From the NCBI GenBank assembly GCA_043757325.1, contig JAYVPO010000026.1:22391-86390 (forward strand): 64,000 nucleotides of DNA, given 5' to 3'. The position numbers and the translations under genes were made by a program. Source of the DNA: a bacterium (GTDB lineage: Bacteria; Bdellovibrionota_B; Oligoflexia; Oligoflexales; RGVZ01). Below the pieces are notes generated by a model. The model did no database searches and was not told where the DNA came from. It worked only from the letters and a program-made list of their open reading frames with translations. Below, one piece after another: positions 1-10,363 of the stretch (the first letter of the stretch is position 1; the number at the start of each line of letters is the position of its first letter).

Positions 1-720
1 TTTGCGCAATTAACTTTTCCAGCGCGGCTGGTCAAACTCCACCCGCGCTGTGGAGAAATTTCATCGCAATTAAAAATTGATAATTACGCAACTTGTATTA
101 TTGATTCGCCGTTACTTCGAAAAATCACCAACAAAAATCCCGTGATCAAGCTTGTGGCTAGCGAAGAAGTTTCTTTTCAATTTAACACGCCTCCTTATTC
201 GGAACGTTCGACTTTCTTGTTTGGTGATTTAAATTTAAAGGAATCTCAAGCAATAGGCCAATATCTCATTCAATCGGCGTTGGATCATTTTAAACAAATG
301 TTTGGTTTTGAGTTGCGCTTGCCGGGCAAAGAACAACCTTTGCAAAAGGCTGCCGAAGTTGTTGAAAAAAGTGCGCCCGTTGTTAACAACGACGTGAAAA
401 TATCAAGTATTATAGGAGTTCGTAATCTCGAAAAAAGCACGGCGGAAATTCTTGCGTTAAATAACGAATACACTATTCCAAACGATTCTCCTCGACCGAC
501 TTACAACGCTCCGAAAAAGCCGAAACCCCCAGGAATTCCGGCGATTTATGCGGCCATGATTTTCATCGCAACAATTGCTTTTTTGGGTGGCGGAATGTGG
601 TGGATGGCAAGTTATGGATCACAATACTATTCAAAATCAGGCGGTGAGTATTCTGATCAATTAAAGAAATTTCAGAAGAACGCTAAAAAGCTTGAGCGCT
701 CTCCAAATGAAGTCGACTGA
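1..720 (+). CDS. hypothetical protein, 5' end outside window; C-terminal transmembrane anchor
   Basis: Frame 1 is open from base 1 with no in-frame stop before 142, so the gene begins upstream of the window. There is a hydrophobic C-terminal segment (IYAAMIFIATIAFLGGGMWWM). No family motif recognised. Confidence 0.45.
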   Translation, partial: FAQLTFPARLVKLHPRCGEISSQLKIDNYATCIIDSPLLRKITNKNPVIKLVASEEVSFQFNTPPYSERSTFLFGDLNLKESQAIGQYLIQSALDHFKQMFGFELRLPGKEQPLQKAAEVVEKSAPVVNNDVKISSIIGVRNLEKSTAEILALNNEYTIPNDSPRPTYNAPKKPKPPGIPAIYAAMIFIATIAFLGGGMWWMASYGSQYYSKSGGEYSDQLKKFQKNAKKLERSPNEVD

Positions 721-815
721 ATACAGTTTAAACACTTTTTTTAACTAATTTACGTCAACATTACAAGACCTTACACTTAGGCAACTTATTTGCATAGTCC
801 CTCCTCGAGGGAACT

Positions 816-1169
816 ATGAAATTTCAATTAAATAAGCAATTTTCACTCGATGGTATGTACCCAACTTTAGATTTGCCAAAAATTTGGCAACTGTCCTATC
901 ACGAAGGCATTCGCGACAATCATATTTTATTTCGACCAGAAGAAATGGAACGCATTCGAAAAAGCATTCAGGTGGATTTGTTCACATTCGAGAAAAGCGA
1001 TTCCATAGCGCTTTTAAAAAAATCCACCAAAATATTTACGTCGGATGATTTCCAATATATTAGAAAAGAAATAGAAACCATGACCACTCGCGAATTAAGT
1101 GTATTTTTTATTTTATACAAGAGAGCTCTTTCGCGCTGGGCATTAAAACTTAAGAATTCACTTCACTAA
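816..1169 (+). CDS. hypothetical protein
   Basis: 117-aa ORF, convergent with galE, no recognisable motif. Confidence 0.35.
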   Translation: MKFQLNKQFSLDGMYPTLDLPKIWQLSYHEGIRDNHILFRPEEMERIRKSIQVDLFTFEKSDSIALLKKSTKIFTSDDFQYIRKEIETMTTRELSVFFILYKRALSRWALKLKNSLH

Positions 1170-1171
1170 CA

Positions 1172-2167
1172 CTAGATCGTTGGCCTTTTTGAGTGCCAGT
1201 TATAAGCCGATTGAAGAATATTTTCCATGGCCGAATACTTGGCAATAAAGCCAAGTTCTTCTTTTATTTTCCTAGTGTCGGAAAAAAGCTGATCAGGGTC
1301 CCCAGGTCGGCGCTCCTCAAAGTTGATGGAGATTTTCTTTTTGGCTACTTTTTCTAACTTTTGCACGATTTCTAAATTGGAAGTTCCGTGTCCCGAGCCG
1401 ACATTTAAAGCTTGAAAGTAGCTTTCTTTTACTTCCATAAGTTTTCGTGCAGCTAGCAAATGAGCCTGTGCCAAATCGGTCACATGAATATAATCGCGCA
1501 AACATGTCCCATCAGGAGTCTTGTAGTCACTACCAAATATTTTGAGAGATTGATTCTTTAAAACCGCCTGACACGCATTGGGAATCATATGGGTTTCGGG
1601 GTCGTGGGACTCTCCAATTTTGCCACTTTCATCGGCCCCTGCCGCATTAAAATAACGCAAACAAATCGCCTTTAAATTTTTGTAGCGGCACATGGTTTCG
1701 ATGATATTTTCGCAAAGTAATTTTGATGTGCCATAAGGTGACAGTGGGTTTTTGGGTGTAGTTTCAACTATAGGAACTACCTCCGGCTGGCCATAAAGAG
1801 CGCAGGTCGAAGAAAAAACCAACGCAGGACGCATATTTTTAATTGCGCAATTGTTCAGGGCACCAAGTAGCGAAATTATTCCTCCAACGTTATTTTCAAA
1901 GTACAATACAGGCTCGCGAACAGACTCGTCGACGTAGGTAAACGCTGCGTAGTTAATAATGACATCGGGTTTAAATTCTAAAATAGTCGCGGTTAATTTT
2001 TCTTGTTCCTGAACCCGTGCTTTAAAAAATTTTGCATCAGGATGCAGCAAAAATGAAAAACCTCTGCTCAAATCATCAAAAACAAAGCATTCGTTCTTTT
2101 GGCGAGTGGCTTCCCAAACAAAATGAGAGCCTACATATCCGGCGCCACCAAGTACCAAAAATTTCAA
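1172..2167 (-). CDS. galE: UDP-glucose 4-epimerase (NAD-dependent epimerase/dehydratase)
   Basis: N-terminal Rossmann motif MKFLVLGGAGYVGSH and SPYGTSK (YxxxK catalytic motif). Length 331 aa is typical of GalE. Confidence 0.85.
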   Translation of the reverse strand: MKFLVLGGAGYVGSHFVWEATRQKNECFVFDDLSRGFSFLLHPDAKFFKARVQEQEKLTATILEFKPDVIINYAAFTYVDESVREPVLYFENNVGGIISLLGALNNCAIKNMRPALVFSSTCALYGQPEVVPIVETTPKNPLSPYGTSKLLCENIIETMCRYKNLKAICLRYFNAAGADESGKIGESHDPETHMIPNACQAVLKNQSLKIFGSDYKTPDGTCLRDYIHVTDLAQAHLLAARKLMEVKESYFQALNVGSGHGTSNLEIVQKLEKVAKKKISINFEERRPGDPDQLFSDTRKIKEELGFIAKYSAMENILQSAYNWHSKRPTI

Positions 2168-2188
2168 TTTAAATACCTATGCAAAAAG

Positions 2189-2569
2189 TTAATTTTCGCT
2201 AACAAATTTCTCGTAGGAATCCGAATCGAGCAAATTTTTAAATTCGCTTTCATCTTCGACCTCAATCTCTATCAACCATTTATAGCTATCTGTTTGCAAA
2301 CTTTCTGGCGATTTTGCAATCGCATCATTAACAGCTGCAACTTTAGCCGTTACCGGCATATAGAGATCCGATACAGTTTTTGTGGATTCAATAGTCCCAA
2401 AGCTATCCCCTGATTTTACCTGGACTCCAACTTTTGGCAGGTCCATATGCACAATATCTCCTAGCTGTTCCACCGCATAGGAAGTCACCCCAACACGAGC
2501 TTTTTTTCCTGAAAGGATTTCGATCCATTCGTGATCTTGTGTGTATTTATAATTTTTAGGATAAGTCAT
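2189..2569 (-). CDS. gcvH: glycine cleavage system H protein
   Basis: 126 aa with the lipoyl-lysine region GTIESTKTVSDLYMPV. Lies immediately downstream of gcvT. Confidence 0.9.
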   Translation of the reverse strand: MTYPKNYKYTQDHEWIEILSGKKARVGVTSYAVEQLGDIVHMDLPKVGVQVKSGDSFGTIESTKTVSDLYMPVTAKVAAVNDAIAKSPESLQTDSYKWLIEIEVEDESEFKNLLDSDSYEKFVSEN

Positions 2570-2578
2570 GTTTCACCT

Positions 2579-3724
2579 TTATAAGTTTTTTGTTTTTGCA
2601 AGGTACAAAGGACGCTTGCAAATAATAGCTTTTTTTCGCTCCCCACGGATATCAATTTCCACCACGGAGCCCTCGCTTAACTTGGGCAAGCGTTGCAAAA
2701 GCGCCATCCCGCCTGCGCCGCCAAGAGTTGGAAGTACTGACCCGCTCGTAACTTCGCCGAGCTCCTTCTCACCAGCATAAACTTTCATCCCGTGCCGTGG
2801 AATACCTTCATCCAGCATTTTAAATGTGAAAATTTGGCGTTTAATACCCTGTTCTTTTTGGGTGACCAAGGCCGTTTTACCAATAAAATCGAGCTTATGT
2901 AATTTCGTGGCCCAACCAATTCCTGCTTCTAAAGGTGAAACCGTATCATTCATATCATTTCCATAAAGAAGGTAACATGCCTCAAGTCGCAAAGTATCTC
3001 GCGCTCCCAAGCCGCACGGTTTTACGGGTTCCGAGGACGACAAAAGTTTCTCCCAAAACGCCGCAGCCAAAAGATTCGGTAGATAAATTTCGAAACCCGA
3101 TTCGCCCGTATAACCTGTTCGCGCAATCCAAACCGATGAATCTTGAAATCTTTCTTGGATTATACTCATGTAGTCCATCTTCAGAATTTTTTCGCCAAAA
3201 ATTTGCGTCATAACTTTCTCAGATTTGGGGCCCTGAACCGCGATTTGACTCCAAGAGTCCGATTCGTTTTTTACCTGCACATCAAATTTTTTTATGTGTT
3301 CAAAAAACCACGTGGAATCCTTGAGAATATTAGAAGCATTCATACAAATTAAATATTTAGTATCGTCGGTTCGATATAGAATCAAATCGTCAATCATCCC
3401 ACCTTGATCATTTAAAATCGCGGTGTACTGCCCCATTCCTACTCCAAGTTTTGCAACGTCGTTAATAGTCATGAACTGCAAATAATCCAATGCACCAGGA
3501 CCTTCAATAAATAATTCGCCCATATGGCTAACATCAAAAATCCCACACCCTTGGCGAACAACTTTATGCTCCGCCAAGACACCCTCATAACTTACGGGCA
3601 TCATCCAGCCAGCAAACGGGACTATTTTGGCCTTTAAATTTTTATGAGAAGAATAGAGCGCTGTAGAAAATGACATTCGGATTTCACAACTTTCAATAGG
3701 AAGTGTCAAATATTTTGACACCAT
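2579..3724 (-). CDS. gcvT: glycine cleavage system T protein (aminomethyltransferase)
   Basis: GcvT-like sequence (FAGWMMPVSYEG, GYTGE, CGLGARDTLRLEA). The start may instead be the internal ATG giving 2579..3676. Confidence 0.85.
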   Translation of the reverse strand: MVSKYLTLPIESCEIRMSFSTALYSSHKNLKAKIVPFAGWMMPVSYEGVLAEHKVVRQGCGIFDVSHMGELFIEGPGALDYLQFMTINDVAKLGVGMGQYTAILNDQGGMIDDLILYRTDDTKYLICMNASNILKDSTWFFEHIKKFDVQVKNESDSWSQIAVQGPKSEKVMTQIFGEKILKMDYMSIIQERFQDSSVWIARTGYTGESGFEIYLPNLLAAAFWEKLLSSSEPVKPCGLGARDTLRLEACYLLYGNDMNDTVSPLEAGIGWATKLHKLDFIGKTALVTQKEQGIKRQIFTFKMLDEGIPRHGMKVYAGEKELGEVTSGSVLPTLGGAGGMALLQRLPKLSEGSVVEIDIRGERKKAIICKRPLYLAKTKNL

Positions 3725-3917
3725 TTAATAGCGATTTGCCTGCACTAACACTCTGAAATAACGAGCTTAATTCATTATGACCGACTGGCTTAAAAATTGC
3801 TTAGAATATCAAGAGTGCCAGATTGCAAGCCTACAGTAGAACCTTAAATTCGATCGGGCATCGTAGGCAAGTAAAATAGTAGTAGCAGTTGATGTGAAAA
3901 AAATAAAGCGGCGGAAT

Positions 3918-4262
3918 ATGAAAACAGAATTGATAAAAATAAGTTTCTTTCTAATGGCGATAGTGATTAGCGCGAACGCGTTTGCCGGTAAAATTCAAAC
4001 TTGCAAAGCCGACGGAAGTTTTTGCCTAGCCCAAGTTCCCAATGGCACCGTAGGAGATCAAGTTCGAATTCTTGACGAAAAAGCATCGCAAGTAGCGTCC
4101 GGCCGAATTGAGAAAAAAAATAGCACAGTGGTGTTAATTCATATTGAAAATAAAATCAAAATTCCAAAACGGGGCTACCCTGTTTTTGTAAAGGCCGTGA
4201 AGAAAAATAACGCAACTCAATGGGCAGATTCTTTTTCTAACAGTAATTCCGTTACCGAATAA
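3918..4262 (+). CDS. small secreted hypothetical protein
   Basis: Signal-peptide-like N-terminus MKTELIKISFFLMAIVISANAFA. The alternative upstream start is 3894. No family recognised. Confidence 0.4.
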   Translation: MKTELIKISFFLMAIVISANAFAGKIQTCKADGSFCLAQVPNGTVGDQVRILDEKASQVASGRIEKKNSTVVLIHIENKIKIPKRGYPVFVKAVKKNNATQWADSFSNSNSVTE

Positions 4263-5607
4263 AAACTTTCCGAATCAAATAAATAGGGTAACCTACTAAC
4301 ACCATTCCCAAGCTTAAAAGGCTTAAAATTGGATTTTCCTTTAAACTTCCAATCAGAGAAATATTACTGATCAGCAAAAACATTACAGGAAGAAATGGAT
4401 AAAGAGGCGACCTGTAAGGTGTTTTTAATTTGTTTTTTCGAATAATGAAAATAGCAAGAATCATCAAATTAGATAATACTGTCAAGCCAAAGCCCGTGAA
4501 ATTTAAAATCTGCTCAAAAGTTCCACTCCACAAAAATCCAATCGCTAAAACCGAAATAAATAAAACGGAAACGACTGGAACTTCTCGTGGTGGAAATGTT
4601 TTTTTCATAAACCCAGGCAAAAAACCATCTTCTGCCATCGCATAACAGACGCGAGATCCTGTCAAAATATAGGAGCTTATGGATGCAATAACTCCAAATG
4701 TAATGATCATAGTGATAAATTTTGTCAATTCGGCACCAAAGACTTTTTGAGATACGACTTCGGCAATGCGTCCAACTTGAATTTCGGTCATAGCTTTTAA
4801 TTCCGCAGAGGATATGGCTACAACGTAAGAAATATTTATAAAAATATAAACACATGTCACAAAAATCGTACCGTAAACAATCGACCTAGGAATACTTGCG
4901 GCAGCATCTTTTGTTTCGCCCGCCAAATAAGCCGAAGCATTCCAGCCGGAATACGCAAAAAAAACCTGGATCAAAGCGACACTTAATACCGAAAACGAAA
5001 GTTCTTGTGCTCGCGGAAGGGTTGTAAATAATGCGAATTTTTCAGGCAAAGACGATGGAGCATAAATAAATAAAGCGGTAGCAAGCATAACAAGACTGCC
5101 AATTTTAAAAAGCGTTGTTGCGCTTTGAAACGCACTACTAACATTATGACTAAGGCAATGAAACAGTGCTACCAACAGAATAATGAGCGAGCCCGCAGCA
5201 GCAGAAAAAAATTGCGGCGAGTGAGTCAAGAAGACTGGAATAGTCGTGGACTCAGCAACAGATGGGTAAAAATAATTGGCTGTAGTGTAAGCGAGTACTG
5301 CAAGTGATGCTGCAAATCCCACAATTACCATGGCCAACCCAAAAGTAAAGCCCCAAGCATCGCCAAAAAAATGTCGGACTATGGCGTAGTCGCCGCCTGT
5401 TTTCGGAACTGTGCTTGCGATTTCCGCCAAAGAAAGCGAACCCGAAAGCGCAACAAAGCCACCGATAAGCCACAAAACCAGCAACACCAAAACATTTCCA
5501 GAATCACGTAAAATTGGCCCTGAAACTGTTAAAATCCCAGAGCCAATCATATTCGCGGCGACGACATAAAGTCCCACCCAAAATCCGAATTTTCGCGGTA
5601 ACGTCAA
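4252..5607 (-). CDS. amino acid permease (APC superfamily transporter)
   Basis: 451 aa, about 12 hydrophobic helices, APC-like N-terminal motif (GSGILTVSGPIL). Confidence 0.75.
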   Translation of the reverse strand: MTLPRKFGFWVGLYVVAANMIGSGILTVSGPILRDSGNVLVLLVLWLIGGFVALSGSLSLAEIASTVPKTGGDYAIVRHFFGDAWGFTFGLAMVIVGFAASLAVLAYTTANYFYPSVAESTTIPVFLTHSPQFFSAAAGSLIILLVALFHCLSHNVSSAFQSATTLFKIGSLVMLATALFIYAPSSLPEKFALFTTLPRAQELSFSVLSVALIQVFFAYSGWNASAYLAGETKDAAASIPRSIVYGTIFVTCVYIFINISYVVAISSAELKAMTEIQVGRIAEVVSQKVFGAELTKFITMIITFGVIASISSYILTGSRVCYAMAEDGFLPGFMKKTFPPREVPVVSVLFISVLAIGFLWSGTFEQILNFTGFGLTVLSNLMILAIFIIRKNKLKTPYRSPLYPFLPVMFLLISNISLIGSLKENPILSLLSLGMVLVGYPIYLIRKVFIR

Positions 5608-5749
5608 GTGAGTGATCCACCTTAAAAAACATTAAAAATTAAAATAACCAAACCAAAGTAGCGCAGATCGTATCATAAAAATTTTAAAAAGAACTTCTTT
5701 TTTAAGGCCCATATTTAGCCTAAACTGATTACTGTTAGCCTATGAAATT

Positions 5750-6892
5750 TTGAATTATTTATTGTCGAAGGATTATTTTATCCGCAAATTATGTGCACAA
5801 GAGTCACAAGATCCTAGAACGGCTCATACGCTCCATGCCTCTTGGTATTTTGATACGGCCGTTTTTGACCAGGAACGTTCCGCTATTTTTCGCAAAAGTT
5901 GGCAGTATATTGGCCCTTCCGATCGCACCAAAGAGCCTGGCGCTTTTTTAACGTCTGAAATTGACGGATTGCAGATATTAATTATCCGAGGCCACGACCG
6001 TATTCTCCGAGGCTTTCACAATATTTGTCGGCATCGCGGCGGGCCCGTGGCGCAGCCTCCGCAGCCTGGTCACTCGATTCACTTTGGCAAAACGAAAATT
6101 CTAACCTGCCAGTACCATGGCTGGTCTTATGGTTTGGACGGCTCGCTAGCAGCAGCATCTCATATGCAAGATGCGGTGGATTTTGACCGCAAAAACTGCC
6201 GACTTCCTCAATTTGCAGTAAAGGAATGGTTTGGTTTTATATTTATAAATTTGACAGAAGACCTTGCAAGTGAAAGTTTTGCGAAGCATTTTCTTGGCAT
6301 TGCAGAAACCGTCCAGAAAGATATGAATATCACCGAGAAATTCTTTAAAAGAATTGAATATACTGTTGAGGCAAACTGGAAAGCCTATTGCGACAATTAT
6401 CTGGAAGGCTATCATGTTCCTTTTTTGCATCCGGAATTAACCTCAGTTTTGGAATTTCAGAAGTATGAAACAAGTGTTTTCAAAAATTATTCGCTGCAGT
6501 ACAGCCCGATTGAAGGCTCGAATAATGCTTATTCTACCGCTGGGCCTGTATACTACTTTTTTGTGCTGCCAAATATTATGCTAAATATTTTACCCGGTCG
6601 GATTCAGGTTAATAGCGTCATTCCGGTCTCGATTAATAAAACAAAAATTATATTCGATTACTATTTTGAAGATCCAAGTGATGTTAAAAAAATTGCCAAA
6701 GATATTGAGTTTAGCGAACTTGTGCAGGAGCAAGATGCTTCGATGTGTGCCTACATTCAAAAATCCATGGAGTCAGGCAGCTATGAAAGCGGCCGAATCG
6801 CCCCGCATCAAGAAATTGCAGTCCATCATTTTCAAAATTTTATAAGGCGATCATTAAATCCAATAGAATCGTCAGAGGCTTTCTTATCGTGA
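5750..6892 (+). CDS. Rieske [2Fe-2S] non-heme iron oxygenase, alpha-subunit-like
   Basis: Rieske ligands CRHRG...CQYHGW (CxH-x24-CxxH) and mononuclear iron motif EGYHVPFLHPE. There is no in-frame ATG near the 5' end, so a TTG start (5750 or 5762) is implied. Confidence 0.7.
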   Translation: MNYLLSKDYFIRKLCAQESQDPRTAHTLHASWYFDTAVFDQERSAIFRKSWQYIGPSDRTKEPGAFLTSEIDGLQILIIRGHDRILRGFHNICRHRGGPVAQPPQPGHSIHFGKTKILTCQYHGWSYGLDGSLAAASHMQDAVDFDRKNCRLPQFAVKEWFGFIFINLTEDLASESFAKHFLGIAETVQKDMNITEKFFKRIEYTVEANWKAYCDNYLEGYHVPFLHPELTSVLEFQKYETSVFKNYSLQYSPIEGSNNAYSTAGPVYYFFVLPNIMLNILPGRIQVNSVIPVSINKTKIIFDYYFEDPSDVKKIAKDIEFSELVQEQDASMCAYIQKSMESGSYESGRIAPHQEIAVHHFQNFIRRSLNPIESSEAFLS

Positions 6893-7638
6893 CTAAACTC
6901 TCCGTCTGCATCATTACCTTAAACGAAGAAAAAAACCTCAAGGCCTGTTTAGATACACTCCCGTCTGGCTGTGAAATTATAGTGGTGGATTCAGGAAGCC
7001 AAGATGAAACATTAAGTGTCGCAAGAAAATACAACGCCCAGATTTTTACTGAAATTTTTAAAGATTATGCGACTCAGAAAAATTTCGCGCTTAAACAAGC
7101 TACCAAAAATTATGTGCTTATTCTTGATGCCGACGAGAGACTGGAAGAAAAATCTCGAGTTCATATTGCAGAAATTTTAGAGAAAAATCAGCAGGCGGTA
7201 TTTTCATGCACAAGACAACTTGTTTTTCTTGGTAAAAAACTGCGGTTCGGAAAAAACAAAGACCACGTGTTAAGGCTTTTTCCGAGGGGGCTTTGTCATT
7301 TGGAAGGAGAGGTCCACGAGTCTTTGATTGTGCCAAAAGATCTGCCCGTCAAAAAACTTCGTGGAAGAATTCTTCATGAGAGTTACAACTCTCTCGAAGA
7401 TTACATTAGACGACTAAATCGGTACACAACATTGGTGGCTGCCAAAAACTTTGGCAAGGATTTAAAAGCGCCGTCTGGAAGTCTGGTGATGCTACGTGTT
7501 GATTGGGAGTTTTTTAAAAGGTATTTTCTGCTGGGTGGTTTTCTCGATGGATTTCGCGGCTATTTATATGCCTCGTTAAGTAGTGTTTATGTTTTGGTAA
7601 AACTCGCCAAACTAAAAGAACTTGAAGAGTCTTTGTGA
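6889..7638 (+). CDS. family 2 glycosyltransferase (LPS core-type)
   Basis: SVCIITLNEEKNL...VVDSGSQDET and DxD motif ILDADE. The GTG start overlaps the Rieske gene stop (GTGA). Confidence 0.75.
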   Translation: MTKLSVCIITLNEEKNLKACLDTLPSGCEIIVVDSGSQDETLSVARKYNAQIFTEIFKDYATQKNFALKQATKNYVLILDADERLEEKSRVHIAEILEKNQQAVFSCTRQLVFLGKKLRFGKNKDHVLRLFPRGLCHLEGEVHESLIVPKDLPVKKLRGRILHESYNSLEDYIRRLNRYTTLVAAKNFGKDLKAPSGSLVMLRVDWEFFKRYFLLGGFLDGFRGYLYASLSSVYVLVKLAKLKELEESL

Positions 7639-8675
7639 AAATACTGCACCTTGTTTCAAACCGCTGGAATAGTGCAATCTGTGAATACGCTGTGAGCACT
7701 GTTCACTGTTGTAAAGAACTCGGCCATGAAAATTTCATAATTGGCTTAATTAACCGGCCTTTTTTATTCAAGGCTCACGAGTTCTGTGACGATTATAAAG
7801 GATTTTCTAGTTTTAATATTTGGAAAATTCTGGAATTAAAAAATATTTTTTTAAAATTTAAACCCGACATTATTTTTACCTATGGTGGGCCGGAAGAATT
7901 TTTAGCCCAAATTTGCAAGCACAAAACCACAAAACATTTTCGTTTTCGAGGAGATGTAAAAAGTAAGCGGCTAAAGATATATTTGGCAGAATGTTTTTTC
8001 CCTTCGCAATTTGCAAAAAACCACTTTGCGGTGCGAGGACCTATTATACCTCTAGGAATTGATGAGAAAAAATTTTGTCATCAAAAAGAAAATACGAAAG
8101 AAAAAACCCTAGAAAAAGCCACTGTGCTGATTTTTGGAAGATTTGACCCTGTAAAAGGTCACAAAGAGTTTATGGGGTTATTTAAAAAAATCAAAAATTG
8201 TTATCAGGGTGAAATCACTCTTAAAATTGTAGGTCTTGAGGCAAATATCAAAGCCGAAGATTTAAGAATTTGTGCGATGGACTCCGAACTTGATTTAAAT
8301 CATACAATAGAAATCAACGTAAAAAAGGTCTCTGACGTTCCAAAATTAATGCGAGAGGCAACCGTTGGAGTTATTTGCAGCCTAGACTCGGAAGTGATCT
8401 GCCGAGTGGCAGAGGAATTTTTGTTATGCGGAACACCTATTTTGGTATCGGATGCGGGGTCACTACCTGAGGTTTTAATAGAACCAAGTTTCGGGAAAGT
8501 TTATTCGAATTTGCAACCTTCTGAAATTGCTTCACTGATTGCAAAATTTTGTTCCGAATCGCCAATCACACGTAAAAACCGTGCAGAAAAAGCGCGGAAG
8601 CATTTTTCTTTAAATGCAATGTCTGAAAGTTTGGACCGGGAATTTTTCTCGGTTCAACCACCTGCTGTAGTATAA
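7635..8675 (+). CDS. family 1/4 glycosyltransferase
   Basis: GT-B C-terminal signature (EEFLLCGTPILVSDAGSLPEVL). The GTG start overlaps the preceding stop (GTGA). Confidence 0.65.
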   Translation: MKILHLVSNRWNSAICEYAVSTVHCCKELGHENFIIGLINRPFLFKAHEFCDDYKGFSSFNIWKILELKNIFLKFKPDIIFTYGGPEEFLAQICKHKTTKHFRFRGDVKSKRLKIYLAECFFPSQFAKNHFAVRGPIIPLGIDEKKFCHQKENTKEKTLEKATVLIFGRFDPVKGHKEFMGLFKKIKNCYQGEITLKIVGLEANIKAEDLRICAMDSELDLNHTIEINVKKVSDVPKLMREATVGVICSLDSEVICRVAEEFLLCGTPILVSDAGSLPEVLIEPSFGKVYSNLQPSEIASLIAKFCSESPITRKNRAEKARKHFSLNAMSESLDREFFSVQPPAVV

Positions 8676-8703
8676 TAAAATAAATCGCAAAAAACCGGTC
8701 AAG

Positions 8704-9234
8704 ATGAGAAATGCGCAGCTCATTTTCGTTCTCTGCAATTGTTTTTTTACAAAAACAGTTTTAGCCAATAGTCTTCGCTTGGGAAGTTTTGTTGGGCTTA
8801 TGCAGCAGCCAGCAAGCGAATACTATACCGCAGTTTATGGAGGAGAAATGATGCTTGGAGAAGACTACGTCACAACCGCTAGTTTCCTAGAGCGTCCCAA
8901 ATTTCGAGCTTCCGGTTTTGAAGATCAAGAACGCGGGTATTTTTTATTAAGTGGCGCAAAGCTGACCGAGGATAAAATTGGCGGACTATATGCCAAAATA
9001 GGCTTTGGAACCATGCAGGGCTTTATAAAGTCATTAGATTCGGATCGTGAATCTTCGTATTCACTAAGCGGACCAGCGGCGGAACTGCAGTATATTTTCT
9101 CCTGGAAATACGGCGAGATTTCGTTTGCGCATCGAATGTTTGCAGCTTACTCGACAAAGGAACAATTTAAAGCCTACGTATTGTGGCCCTATAGTTTTTT
9201 CACCATAAATTTTTCCTATGCTTTTATCCTATGA
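8704..9234 (+). CDS. hypothetical secreted/outer-membrane-like protein
   Basis: Signal peptide (…KTVLANS) and an aromatic-rich C-terminus. Overlaps the next gene by ATGA. Confidence 0.4.
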   Translation: MRNAQLIFVLCNCFFTKTVLANSLRLGSFVGLMQQPASEYYTAVYGGEMMLGEDYVTTASFLERPKFRASGFEDQERGYFLLSGAKLTEDKIGGLYAKIGFGTMQGFIKSLDSDRESSYSLSGPAAELQYIFSWKYGEISFAHRMFAAYSTKEQFKAYVLWPYSFFTINFSYAFIL

Positions 9235-9710
9235 GATTAGTTTTTTTTATACTTACTTTTCTGCAAACTTTTGCTTACGCAGAACCTGTCGAACAAAAGT
9301 GGGTGTCCATGCGTTTTAAATCTTTTACTTCTAATGCGGGCGGACAAAATGCTTATGCTGCATCCTATTCAACACAAAAAAATGAATACACCGTGTTTTT
9401 AAATCAAAATCTGCAGACGGGAAACGTGCCACTGACAGGAGCTGTATATGACTGGCGTTTTTTAAGTTGTAAAACCAATTGTATGTGGAATTTTTACGGC
9501 AATATCGGTGGTGGGATTTCGACTGCCGGTCCGCTTGCTGAGGTATTAGTGGGAGTTATGATTCCCGTGGTCCCGGTGTGGTTTTCAGGCGGACCACTTA
9601 AATATATTCCTTATGTTCGGCTTGATTTTGGAAGTCAATTTTATGCGTCGCGCTACCGCGTTATTACATGGAGTTATCCCCTATGGATAGGATTGGCATT
9701 GTCTTTTTGA
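9231..9710 (+). CDS. hypothetical small outer-membrane beta-barrel-like protein
   Basis: Signal peptide MRLVFFILTFLQTFAYA, alternating hydrophobic pattern and a C-terminal ...ALSF (terminal Phe typical of OMPs). Coupled to neighbours on both sides by overlapping stop/start codons. Confidence 0.4.
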   Translation: MRLVFFILTFLQTFAYAEPVEQKWVSMRFKSFTSNAGGQNAYAASYSTQKNEYTVFLNQNLQTGNVPLTGAVYDWRFLSCKTNCMWNFYGNIGGGISTAGPLAEVLVGVMIPVVPVWFSGGPLKYIPYVRLDFGSQFYASRYRVITWSYPLWIGLALSF

Positions 9711-10363
9711 TGTTCGCTGATTTAGCTTACAGCTATCCAGTGGCCATCGATCTTAATGGTAAGGTGTTAAAATGGGCCCAAGCTCGAGACATGCCGATTT
9801 ATTATGAAGTTGTAACCAATGTAGATTCTGAAAAAAATTATCTCGCAGCGGTGGTTGACGATAGCGCTACAATCTGGTCTCAGATACCACGTTCACTTTT
9901 GAAACTTAAAGAGAAAGACGCCACTCATATTGCCGATATTACTTTTAATTTTGAGACGAATTTGGCTGTTAATGCAAGCTCATCTGGGTATGCAACTTTT
10001 GACAGGTATAACCGAGAAATTCCTGAGCACTGCAGCGTTTATATTCCAATTGGGGACCGGGTTGGTTCAGAGGATTTTGCCAAGACTGTTTTACATGAGT
10101 TAGGCCACTGCATTGGATTGGGCCACTCGGTCATTCCCGAATCTATTATGAGCTATCATTTAGCGAAAAACTCCTATTCATTAAATGTCGATGATGAAGC
10201 GGCTATTTCAAGACTGTATCCTGAAAATGGCGGTGCGGAAAAACTTCCTCCAGGCTGCGCCATAGACGAAGATCATTATCATGAACATAAACGTGGTGGT
10301 AAGACTTTGGCGATTCTTCTGGTGCCGATAATTTTTTTAATTTTCTATCGAAAGGTTCTGTAA
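9710..10363 (+). CDS. matrixin-like zinc metalloprotease (metzincin) with C-terminal membrane anchor
   Basis: HELGHCIGLGHS (HExxHxxGxxH) followed by SIMSY (Met-turn). C-terminal hydrophobic tail LAILLVPIIFLIFY. Start taken at the TGATG overlap with the upstream gene; alternative starts are 9668 and 9683. Confidence 0.6.
   Translation: MFADLAYSYPVAIDLNGKVLKWAQARDMPIYYEVVTNVDSEKNYLAAVVDDSATIWSQIPRSLLKLKEKDATHIADITFNFETNLAVNASSSGYATFDRYNREIPEHCSVYIPIGDRVGSEDFAKTVLHELGHCIGLGHSVIPESIMSYHLAKNSYSLNVDDEAAISRLYPENGGAEKLPPGCAIDEDHYHEHKRGGKTLAILLVPIIFLIFYRKVL

Noticed and set aside
3725-3893. Possible glycine riboswitch or sigma-54 promoter (TGGCAC) in the gcvT leader
   Set aside because: No ACCGAAGG/GGAGAG aptamer core visible. 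The TGGCAC has no TTGC -12 element at the correct spacing.
8704-9710. Two adjacent small ORFs in different frames considered as one frameshifted pseudogene
   Set aside because: Each has its own signal peptide and the junction is a clean ATGA overlap. The sequences are not a continuation of one another.
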